From the NCBI RefSeq assembly GCF_001194135.2, contig NC_068993.1, forward strand, positions 55,380,480 through 55,416,133: a stretch of 35,654 nt of DNA. Reading direction: 5' to 3'. The stretch is from Octopus bimaculoides. Lineage: Eukaryota. Positions 24,991 to 34,787 of this stretch are shown in pieces; position 1 is the first letter of the stretch; each line of letters starts with the position of its first letter. A model generated the notes under the pieces. It saw only the letters and a program-made list of their open reading frames with translations, was not told the origin of the DNA and did no database searches. The position numbers were made by a program, and so were the translations under genes.

Positions 24991-25140
24991 ATGAAGTCTT
25001 GACAATCGTGTCCTCTCCGCTCCCCCTCTTCAATCTTACCGCATCAGTCTCTCTCTCTCTCACACACACAGATATTTATGAAGGATTTTTTTTTCCTATT
25101 TTCTAGTCTCTCCCTCCCCCATCTCCCTGGCAACCCCACA

Positions 25141-25482
25141 TCTTTTATCTTTTACTTGTTTCAGTTATTTGACTGCAGCCATGCTGGGGTACCACCTTGA
25201 GGAACCCTTTGTCAAATGAATTGACGCCAATACTTTTTTTAAAGCCTGGTAAATATTCTATGGGTCTCTTTTGCCAAACCACTAAGTTACAGGGACATAA
25301 ACACACCAACACCAGTCGTCAAGCAATGGTAGGGGACACACACAGACACAAAGACACACACACACACATGTATATACATAAATACAGGGCTTCTTTCAGC
25401 TTCTACGTACTAAATCCACTCACAAGGCTTTGGTCAACCTGAGGCTATAGTAAGTAGACGACACTTGTCCAAAGTGCCGCAT
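25141..25482 (-). mobile_element. SINE family A, 5' end truncated
   Basis: Matches 26930-27240 in reverse. Confidence 0.85.
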
Positions 25483-25589
25483 ATAGAATATGGCCAAAAC
25501 TGCATCATATAGCCTACAATTCTACTCCAAGAACAGAAAATGCTTCATCTCAGATCGGTTACGGACTCTCCATAAAGTTTGTGTATGAC

Positions 25590-25628
25590 TTGCATTGAAG
25601 TACCACTTATATCCATAGGACAGTACTG

Positions 25629-25698
<70 letters not shown>

Positions 25699-25840
25699 TC
25701 CTAAATCATTTTGGATTACTGCTTATATCCATGGGACATTACTGCTGCTACATGTACAGATATCCTAGCCTACACTGGATTACTGCTCACATATTTAGAA
25801 TGGTACTGCTGCTACACACACACAGATATCCTGGCTTATG
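25590..25840 (+). repeat. ~65-bp minisatellite, about 3.5 units, with an internal microsatellite expansion
   Basis: Unit: agatatcct...ggattactgct...gtactgctgctac. Confidence 0.75.
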
Positions 25841-26204
25841 TAAAGAGAAAACCATTCAATGGAATGACAATATCTCAATGAACAACACAACCTGAATGTG
25901 ATGTTTCTTTTTTTCTGTATCTTCTCCCTCTGCCACAATGGTTTCTGTTCTTTTCATCTGCCTAAATGCATACCACCTTAATCCACCCTTGCTCATTTCA
26001 TTCCTAGTCTACCTCCCACCCATCCCAACAGTGAGTCACTCCACTAGACACTTTCCAACATCCCCCCACCTCAGGACTGTAATCCTCTTCACTCACGTTT
26101 TCATATTGACACTGGTCTGTAGACACATCAGTCAAAGAGGGCTGACTATGGTCATCATAGGCACTGTCCCTCTTCCTCTCAATAACAGACAAAAATCATA
26201 CACC

Positions 26205-26372
26205 AGTGAGTTTACATCCCTGAAACTTAGCAGTTTGGCAAAAGATATCGATAGAATAAATGCCAAGCTTTAAAAAAAAAGTACTAGGATCACTTAATTC
26301 GATTAAGGGTTCTTGAAGGCAATGCCCCAGTATGGCAGCGTTCTAATGACTAAAACAAATAAAAATTTAAAA
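26205..26372 (+). mobile_element. SINE family A 3' fragment
   Basis: aacttagcagtttggcaaaaga...gatagaataa...gactaaaacaaataaaa. Confidence 0.7.
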
Positions 26373-26401
26373 AATAGGTACGTGTGTATACATACAGACA
26401 T

Positions 26402-26612
26402 ACATATTTCATTCCATAATGGTTACTCTGATGAGTGCAGGGTCACATAATCGGACTGTTACCTAACACTCTGTTGAACCCCTAATACAAAACCAACTGG
26501 TAAGATCTGCTATAATAGATATATAATACTGTACACCTCGATTGAAATACCCACTCTATTGACAGATATACAAATGCATTTTATCTTGACTTATGACTCT
26601 TAGAAGACTTAC
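26402..26612 (+). mobile_element. Penelope-like pLTR (family P1), solo copy with mutated hammerhead
   Basis: Collinear with 7626-7837; CTGATGA at 26428-26434 intact, GAAA mutated to AAAA at 26489-26492. Confidence 0.7.
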
Positions 26613-26834
26613 ACACACACACACATATTACCACCATCTTCTTACATTCCCTTTCACCTCACACTTGTACTCACCACCTTCTCCTCCCATCTACCTTTTC
26701 TACTCATTACACCAATACAATACCATTTTAACATGGAACTGGCAGCACTAGTGAGGCTGTCGTCAACTATCTGCACTTGAAAAGTTCTTACTACTCTATG
26801 ATGTGTTCTTCTGAGATATATATATATATATATG

Positions 26835-27012
26835 AGTGGCTGTGTGGAAGCGCAGGAGTAGGTGTGTGGTAAGTAGCTTGCTTACCAACAACATGGTTCC
26901 GGGTTCAGTCCCACTGCATGGCATCTTGGACAAGTGTCTTCTACTATAACCTCGAGCTGACCAAAGCCTTGTGAGTGGATTTGGTAGACGGAAACTGAAA
27001 AGAAGCCCTTCG

Positions 27013-27049
<37 letters not shown>

Positions 27050-27243
27050 TTGTCCCCCTAACATCGCTTGACAACCGATGCTGGTGTGTTTACAACCCCC
27101 GTAACTTAGCAGTTTGGCAAAAGAGACCGATAGAATAAGTACTAGGCTAACAAAAAATAAGTCCTGGTCGATTTGTTCAACTAAAGGCGGTACTCCAGCA
27201 TGGCCGCAGTCAAATGAATGAAACAAGTAAAAGAATAAAAGAA
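26835..27243 (+). mobile_element. SINE family A, full length, least diverged copy
   Basis: tRNA-like head ggttccgggttcagtcccac, ttggacaagtgtcttc segment, internal (TA)(TG), tail gaaacaagtaaaagaataaaa. Confidence 0.9.
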
Positions 27244-27283
27244 TATACACACACACATACACACACATACACACACACACGCG

Positions 27284-27335
<52 letters not shown>

Positions 27336-27458
27336 TTTTGTATTCCGAAGTGGAGAGTTCATCTTGTGACTCAAGTTTCTTGCCAGTGCATGACACTGAG
27401 GTAGATGAACGCTTCGGTACTTGGTAAAAAGAATGCTTCACAATCATACAGTTCCTGG

Positions 27459-27540
27459 CAGGGCCAGATTAAGACACTTAGAGGCCCTAAGTACTTAAAG
27501 ATTTTGATAACCCATATATATATATAATTTAAAATAAGAA
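27459..27540 (-). mobile_element. hAT-like MITE end fragment
   Basis: cagggccagattaagacacttagaggccctaagtacttaaagattttg matches the reverse complement of 17812-17870. Confidence 0.55.
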
Positions 27541-27596
27541 TTATATATATACATATATATATACTTTATTTAAAAGCAGCAGAAATATAACAAAAG

Positions 27597-27636
27597 ACTG
27601 TTACTTGGAGTTTCACGTTCCCGTTCATCGGACAGT
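27597..27636 (-). ncRNA. minimal type I hammerhead-like motif (U4C core variant)
   Basis: Minus strand: actgt CCGATGA acg ggaa cgt GAAA ctccaag TA acagt. Confidence 0.55.
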
Positions 27637-27651
27637 TTTAAACTGTTTTAA

Positions 27652-27691
27652 ACTGTCCGATGAATGGGAACGTGAAACTCTGAGTAACAGT
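27652..27691 (+). ncRNA. minimal type I hammerhead-like motif (U4C core variant)
   Basis: actgt CCGATGA atg ggaa cgt GAAA ctc t gag TA acagt; 5-bp stem I, 3-bp stem II, near-palindromic stem III, GUA site. Confidence 0.6.
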
Positions 27692-27794
27692 CTTTTGTTA
27701 TATTTCTGCTGCTTTTAAATAAAGCATATTACTCTACCTCTGGTATTTGAGTACTCTTTTTTCCACCTTGTTGCACATTTTATGTGCTTACTCC

Positions 27795-27832
<38 letters not shown>

Positions 27833-27905
27833 TACATACATAAACAAATACATACACATCTATGTTGCCTTTTCGTTCTCATGCTCTGTGTGTGTGTGTG
27901 AGTGA

Positions 27906-27947
<42 letters not shown>

Positions 27948-28154
27948 ATGTGTTTATATATGTTTATATATATGTTTACACACATTCACATGTAAATACT
28001 ACTATGTTTATAAATACATACATGATATTCAAATGCATGTATGCACACATACAATTCCAGTCTTAGAAAGAAATGCTATTTTCTCCAGTTTTAGCAAAAA
28101 TTTGTAATTCACAGATTATTGAATTTCTTTCTCATCATTGTTGTTATTCGTTCT

Positions 28155-28169
28155 ATCTCCCTCCACAAA

Positions 28170-28217
<48 letters not shown>

Positions 28218-28300
28218 ATCCAGAATTCCACTAGCAGCACTCATCTCCTCATCCACCTCAGCTACATCATCATCATTATCATCATCATCATCATCATCAT
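28155..28300. repeat. (CTA)n and (CAT)n microsatellites
   Basis: Direct runs. Confidence 0.9.
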
Positions 28301-28824
28301 CTCCTTCCCACTCCACCCTCATCTAAACAACAACCACCCCCCATCCCTCTCTCCTTTTCCTCTCACAACGCCATCATCTGAACTGCATCTCATCTCTACC
28401 ACCCTTGCAATAAAATCAACAACAATACCCATCCTCATCTCTTTTCCACCCCACCCCCCTCCAACAACAACAACAACACCATTGCCACATTTTCCCCTCA
28501 CCCATCGCCACATTTTCCCCCTCGCTCTCACAGTCAAAACAACGCTTTCTCAATTCAGGTTACAAAAATAAAATAAATACATAAAAGGATTGAATTATTT
28601 TTATATTTTTATTTACATGTATAAAAAACAAAACGAAACAGAGAGGTGGGAAGTATCAATATTCCACATACTGAAACACTTTGCTATGAATGATTGCCAG
28701 AGCAATTGGTTGCTAAAGCCATAAAGTACCGTAAAATAGAGGCCACTCTATCACGTACTTCGACTATCTTTTACCCTGTAGTGTTGATGAAAATCCTTTT
28801 GATTCTTCAGTGGCATTGGTTATT

Positions 28825-29435
28825 ACCAACAGTCCTGCTTTAAAAAAACTGATATATTTCTGTTTCCATTAGAGGTGTATACTTGCAGTTTCTTGCCATT
28901 TTTGGCCCTCACATCACAGAATTCTAATAAAGAGAGCGCTGCTTCTGACAAATGAAAATGCCAATGGTAGTGGTATCTGAAACCAACAAGTGACCTTGAG
29001 GTGCATGAAACCTGTAAAGCAAAAAAGAAAAGGTAAGACCCTGCTTTTGTCATGACTGACCATGGGATTGCACCTAGAAAGTTCTCCTCCAAGGTACAAG
29101 TCTGGGCAAGGTTGTTTATGGAAGACCAGCAGTCACCCATGCATACCAGCCTCCCTTCTTCATGCCACCTCATGATTGTGAGCTTGACACTCTAACCATT
29201 GAGTCATGAGCCTTCACATTCATGAAACCTAAGTTACCCCAGATGAAGCAACCTAGTTTTCATACCATCACTGAGGTTCAGCACTGTGGACTGCAAACTG
29301 CTTATATGCCAACAGATACAAGAGACTGCTTGATTAGGTTATTCCAGTGTATTGAGGGCATCTCCTAACACTGAAACGACCCATTGGTGTCTAATAACTT
29401 CTTGAATGAATCACTTGGCCATGGCTACACCTTAA
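28825..29435 (-). pseudogene. old RTE-type AP-endonuclease relic, split by SINE E
   Basis: Minus-strand patches in the expected order: GVAMA, FIWGNL (compare GDLN), LSLLEFCD (compare RLLEFCD) and VYTSNG (compare TY.SGG). Confidence 0.35.
29035..29217 (-). mobile_element. SINE family E, internally deleted copy
   Basis: Head and 3' body match 12150-12486, with about 155 bp missing. Confidence 0.8.
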
Positions 29436-29461
29436 CATTCAACACATGTCAGGCATGGCCT

Positions 29462-29767
29462 GTCCTGGCACTCTGTTGGTTATGGCAACAGGTGTTCCAG
29501 CTGGTCTCATCGACAGAACAGCCTACTTATAAAATTAATGTACAAATGGTTGAGTACTCCACAGACACACATACCCTTAATGTAGTTTTCAGGGAGAGTC
29601 TGTGTGATACAGAATGTGACAATGCTGATTCATTTTTGTTAGCACAGTGGACTGGAGCTATGGAAAAATAAAGTATCTTACTCAAGGACACAATGTGCCA
29701 CCAGGAATTGAACTCGTGGCCTTATGATCCTGAGCCAAATACCCTAACCATTAAGCCACTTGCCTTC
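29462..29767 (-). mobile_element. SINE family C, near full length
   Basis: Minus-strand head gaaggcaagtggcttaatggttaggg...gagttcaattcc; body homologous to 20137-20369. Confidence 0.8.
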
Positions 29768-29774
29768 TCAGCAG

Positions 29775-30575
29775 CATATACTTAAGCACATATGAAAGGT
29801 TATACACTCACTATAGTTCAGAATGGTATGAATTCAGGACAGCAGAAGGCAAATGTGCTAATACTACTCCATCACTCTAACTGAACAAGATATTGTTGAT
29901 TTTGAGTGTCTCCAAGCATACACACTACATGTCTATCAACAGCTGTCTCATCCAAATTTCACAACTTTATTTCTGATGTCACTGTAGTATAAACATCAAA
30001 ATGAGGTCATTCAATCCTGCAAAAGAAGTCTATAGATGAGACAGATCTTTGTGGTATTTGAAATGGTCCTTTCAACCGATGTCGCTGTAGCATGCAGTGA
30101 CGAAATATGCACTGGTTGTGCAATGGTAGATGATCTCCTGATTCCCAGGCCTCCGTTTATTGGTAGATTGGCCTGTAACCAACTGTTACTATTGAAACTA
30201 ATGTTGCATATGTCAGTTAATATTGTACTTATCAGTTAATCAATGCCAGTGAGGTGATCGACTTTTTGGTACATAGCAGATGTGTAGAGGACATTGTAAA
30301 GCAATTCTTCAGCTTGATGTAAGCTGGACATACATCCAAGTGCTTCCATCTTTTAGTCATCCAGTCTTTATATATCATTGCTGCCTCTTTTTAAAAGAAA
30401 TGATAACTAATGCTTCTCTGTAGGATAGAAGACTGGGGATTTAGGGATGCCAATCACGTAAAAGAACTGCCTGTTGAGATGTGTCTTAATCCACCACCTC
30501 TTTTTACATAATGCACAGTGTTAACAAATACTTCACAGCTTGACTATATGCAGATTATATAACCAGTGTTAAGTT
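29775..30575 (-). pseudogene. CRE-clade non-LTR retrotransposon RT thumb/C-terminal relic
   Basis: Ordered minus-strand peptides: SSCEVF, VIGIP, MTKRWKHLDVCPAYIKLKNCF, LISTILTDICNISFNSNSWLQANLPINGGLGIRRSSTIAQPVHISSLHAT, GVVLAHLPS; several stops and frameshifts. Confidence 0.65.
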
Positions 30576-30579
30576 CTTA

Positions 30580-30980
30580 TTTTCTTATTCGACCCTTTGA
30601 TTCCCTGTGGAACATAATCCATCGGCCACTTTTCTCTACAATTCATGACTCTTGGCTGCCTTTTCTGCTGCTTTCCAGTTGGATCCTTGCTTTTTTTCCT
30701 TGCAGATTCCTTACAGATTTTGCTGCATCTGGTCATATGTGTCCCCGGGGGAAGGACTATCTTTCCCAGGTCTTTTTAGTTTCGAATTGCCATCAATGCT
30801 TCAGTGACTTTGTTTGATCTAAGTAGGGGTATTGGTCCTACGCAAACCCATTTTCATTCCTGGTAAGACGTGGTCCATTTTAGTCTGGCCTCTATCCTTT
30901 GACCTGTCCAGCATGGGAAGTCCTACCAGGATCTTGCACTTTGCTGGTATAGCTCCCAAGGTCATTGAAGTACACCACAG
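30580..30980 (-). mobile_element. bipartite non-autonomous RTE derivative (5' UTR fused to ORF 3' end)
   Basis: The 5' part is homologous to 17871-18055; the 3' part encodes ...NWKAAEKAAKSHEL*RKVADGLCSTGNQRVE*, matching RTE C-termini. Confidence 0.65.
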
Positions 30981-31059
30981 TACAAAGAACACTGGACTTT
31001 GTGTTGGCATAGTTAGTTTCACAGACTATCAAGGTTTAATAATTAACTCATCATGTTGA

Positions 31060-31680
31060 TTAATGATTAAATCCTCGACAGATCACAAACAGATCCACAG
31101 TTCATTAAGGCCAGAGTTTTGAAGACATAACAGGTTCATATGGGAGACATTCAATCCAGTGGTTTAATAAAATTAGGTTTATTGAATTTTTCTTCACTAA
31201 TTGATCATGGTTTTCATCTGAGAAGCTAGCAAATGTATCATCCAATGAGATTCTTCGAACATCTCTGATATTGAAGTAAGCAAGCTTGGTATCTACTTGG
31301 AGATGAACTGTTTTGTTTCTTTAAGCTTAATGATCAGGATGCTTTTGTGTAGGCGTCCACTTATGGAAGTTAGTGGAAAACACACTCATAGTAATATAAT
31401 TATTGACTTGATATTTGATATTTATGGTAAGATTGTTTGCTTCTGCTGTCTCGGTTGAATTGTCAGAGTTGCTACTGATGTGAGGCGAGCAAATTTGTAC
31501 CAGCTTGGTATGGTGTTGTTTAAAGTGTTCGATAGCATTGTAGATATCAATAACCTTGACTCAACCCTCCTCCATTTCTACGAGAATAGAGACTTTGTGA
31601 GTGGTTCCCCCATGACCCTCTCACAGAGCTGTTGCCAGTTTTTGAGGGAAAAGCAGAAAGGAGAACTGAAGCCCAGAACT
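31060..31680 (-). pseudogene. Penelope-like RT relic
   Basis: Ordered minus-strand patches VMGEPLTKSLFS (compare MVSFDVKSLFT), VIDI, FARLTSVAT, YQVNNYITMS (compare YKQ.DG.AMGS) and RRISLDDTFASF...CLPY (compare RYVDDTF...LPFLD). Confidence 0.45.
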
Positions 31681-31689
31681 TGAGGGAAA

Positions 31690-31790
31690 AGTTGATCTGG
31701 ATAGGTTTTGAACTCAGAATGCAAAGAGCCAGAAGACTTATGGCAAAGTATTCTGTCCAATGCTCAAATGATTCTGCCAAGTGACTGAAC
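31690..31790 (-). mobile_element. SINE family D 5' fragment
   Basis: ttttgaactcagaa...gattctgcca is shared with 34310-34371. Confidence 0.55.
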
Positions 31791-32034
31791 CACACACACA
31801 CATGCACACACTTACTCACACACACATATATATATATATGTACGCACACATACACACACACACATGTACATATACACATACACACAACTACATATACATA
31901 TGTACACATATATATAGATATATATATACATACACACATACATATATACACATATATATGTATGTATGTGTGCATATACATAGATATAATGCATGTATCC
32001 ACATGCGCGCGTGTGTGTATAGTATGTATGTAAG

Positions 32035-32080
<46 letters not shown>
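31790..32080. repeat. CA/TA/TATG compound microsatellite
   Basis: Direct simple repeats. Confidence 0.9.
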
Positions 32081-32081
<1 letters not shown>

Positions 32082-32353
32082 ATGTTCATCATACAGAATG
32101 CTTGTAAAGAATCCCCCCCATCCCATCATTGCTATTCTTCTCACAAACCTCTAATGTTCTCTCTATCCAAAGATCCATCATATGGAATTAAATAAATTCT
32201 GTTAGGTTGTTCAGTTCTTAACAGTCTAATCTATTTACTCAACAGATTAGGCAAATGTGATTGCACAGAACTGTATTGATCAGATATAGATTATGGTATG
32301 AACAGAGGGGGAAATAAAATATAAAACCGAGGAAGAGAAATAGTCTAACCATG

Positions 32354-32500
32354 CCCATCTCTGATATATCAAGTCTGACAGTCTATAGTAAATAGTTTAA
32401 GTATACCCATCTCTGGTGTATCAAGACTGGCAGTTGAAGCAAATAGTCAAACTCTGCCCATCTCTGGTATCTCAAGATTGGCAGTCTGTAGTAAATGAAG
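32354..32500 (+). repeat. ~52-bp tandem repeat x3
   Basis: cccatctctg at 32354, 32406 and 32457. Confidence 0.85.
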
Positions 32501-32549
32501 AGAATGTTTGTGAGAGAGAGAGGGCCAAGAGGGCTTGACCTAAGTAGAC

Positions 32550-33460
32550 CCTACAAAGGGACCACCTACTGAAATTGACATCTATATGGTCAGTCAAAAT
32601 CCCAGTTATGTTATAAATGCAAAGAAAGCAAATGGACAGTTAGAGATAGTTGTTGAAATCCTGAAAATATCTGGTCTGGTAGGTCACATGATAGTCACTC
32701 ACATAGTTAATAATGCATTACAAGGAGGGAAGTATAATACCTGATAACCAGCACAGGACTATAATCAACTGCCACTGCTGCAAAAGAGATGCTCTAGGGA
32801 GAATGAGAGGCAATTACAGCAGTATCAAATTGATGAATCAGGTTATGGAAGTTAGTAGAAAAACCATAGTACAACTAATTAGAAAGAGAATTAGTTTAGA
32901 TGAGGTGTATTCACAGTGTATGCTACAATGGAGTACATCTACTATCATATTCCTGATGAGACAACTGTAAAAGTAGTTAGGTAGGAGTCAGCTAATCTAC
33001 CTAGCATTTATTGATCTGGAGAAAGCCTTTCGAGTCATTAAGAAAACTAATGAAGGGGGAATGGTTTGTAGAAGTTGTGTATAGAAGTGCTGTCAATAAG
33101 GACAGAGTTAGCTATGTGTTCAGCAAGGAATTCATCTCTGCTTTTAGCCTCCTTGGGTCTATTGCAGTCCTCCAAGCCATAACAGGGAAGGTGAAGAGAG
33201 CTTGTGGGAAATCTTGTATTCCAATTACATAGTTTTCATAACTGAATTGGTCAATGATTAAGAGAGCAAATTTGAAACTTGGAAGCAAAACCTAGACTAG
33301 AGAGGCCTCTAAGTAAACCTAGCTAAGGCAGTGTATTTCTTGTTAACTATGAATGCACAAGAGATATTTTGGAATCACAGGCAGGCTGACAGAGTATGCC
33401 CCAGATATACAAGAGTAATTAGTAGAAAGACTTCACGAGAAATATATTCCTTCAAAAAGT
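32550..33460 (+). pseudogene. RTE-clade LINE reverse transcriptase relic
   Basis: KKANGQLEIVVEILKISG, DALGRMRGNYSSIKLMNQVM, IFLMRQL, YLAFIDLEKAF, LQAITG, degenerate YADD (YSNY), FETWKQNL; multiple stops and frameshifts. Confidence 0.85.
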
Positions 33461-33869
33461 CATCAGATTAAGCAGCTTTTGTATTTGACACCACTATAAG
33501 CTTTCCTTATTGTTATCCAATCCTCTCTCATATTACTCCTTCCTCTGTCACTTACTTTTGACATCAATCAGTCTCTCCCATCACTCTCTTACTTTATTCC
33601 CTCTTCAATCATTCTGCTTTCTCTCCACTTCCATCACCCTGCTCATACAGATTCTATTTAATCTCCTTACCATCAACCATCATGTAGCTGTTCTATCATT
33701 TCTGTTACTCTTTCCTATGGTTCTCTTTCATTGCCCTCTCTTTTGTCAACCTCTCAGACACATTGCTACTTCTCAGTCATGGTGATTGTGTTGTTGAATT
33801 TTACATACTAATTCTCTCTTTTGGAGGAAGTATTTCCACATAAGGTCAAACATTTGACCAGTGGTGTAG

Positions 33870-33995
33870 AGCTGATTAAATCCAATGTTTAAACAAGATT
33901 TTTATTTTATTGATCCCCACAGGATGAAAGGTATAGTTCACTCCAATAGTATTTCAACAAAGAACTGAATACCCAGAAGGCATTATGTCCATTGG
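33870..33995 (-). mobile_element. degenerate SINE family D
   Basis: ttattgatccccacaggatgaaagg resembles 34260-34300. Confidence 0.45.
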
Positions 33996-34164
33996 TGGAA
34001 CAGTTGGACATCATAACAGACATGTAAGTATTCTAAAAATCCATTCTCCTTGGATTTCACTCTTAGAAACAATTTCTGTAAAGGCTTTTTGTTAACACTT
34101 GACAGTTATCATGAAGAAATAAACATCAAAGACCAGAAGTTTATAGCCATACAGGAATGAAATA

Positions 34165-34165
34165 T

Positions 34166-34221
<56 letters not shown>

Positions 34222-34371
34222 TGATGATAATAATAATAATCCTTTCTACTCTGGTACTTATTTCATTGACTGCAAAAACGATGAAAGGCAAACTCAACCT
34301 CAGCAGAATTTGAACTCAGAACAAAAATGACACTAAATATTTTGCCAGATGCAGTAACGATTTTGCCAGCT
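34165..34371 (-). mobile_element. SINE family D with (TTA)n tail
   Basis: Minus-strand gagctggcaaaatcgtt...gttctgagttcaaattc...gcctttcatc...aaataagtaccag, followed by the TTA repeat. Confidence 0.75.
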
Positions 34372-34544
34372 CATCACCAGAGTTTAAGGTCATAATATTA
34401 CATACTAAAAGTTTAGGCAGTTTTTAATCAATTGACTAAATACAACAATACAAATTTTCAAATACAAAACCTATGCTTTGTATTGATTGACATTGCTGTA
34501 TTCTGTTGACAGGAACATGGATATATCAGAAAAGTTGACAAGGT

Positions 34545-34712
34545 GCAGACAAGGCCGTGTAGTTAAGCAGCTTGCTTTCCAACTATTTGGTTTTTGAGTT
34601 CAGTCCCACTGCATGGTAACTTAGGCAAATGTCTTCTAGTATAGCCTATATCCAACCAATACTTATGAGTGGATTTGGTAGTCAGAAACTGTATGGAAAT
34701 CCACTGTGTGTG
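34545..34712 (+). mobile_element. SINE family A 5' half
   Basis: gagttcagtcccactgcatgg...aaatgtcttctagtatagcc...gagtggatttggtag. Confidence 0.8.
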
Positions 34713-34721
34713 TGTATATCA

Positions 34722-34750
34722 CCTTGTTGCACATTTTATGTGCTTACTCC

Positions 34751-34755
<5 letters not shown>
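34722..34755 (+). mobile_element. 3' terminal fragment of pLTR family P2
   Basis: caccttgttgcacattttatgtgcttactccggta is identical to 27764-27798. Confidence 0.8.

Positions 34756-34784
<29 letters not shown>

Positions 34785-34787
<3 letters not shown>

Larger units (their letters stand above)
27564..27797 (+). mobile_element. Penelope-like pLTR (family P2) with an inverted truncated copy forming a 161-bp palindrome
   Basis: Arms 27564-27638 and 27650-27724; the right arm continues past AATAAA to ...gcttactccgg(TA)n, which recurs at 34722-34755. Confidence 0.7.

Noticed and set aside
28730-28815. Minus-strand ctgaaga...gtcgaag resembling a hammerhead
   Set aside because: GAAA is broken and no consistent stems I-III with a UH site can be drawn.
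33490-33790. C/T-rich 91-aa ORF, possible LINE endonuclease or membrane peptide
   Set aside because: Low-complexity pyrimidine bias explains the open frame; no ordered catalytic motifs were found.
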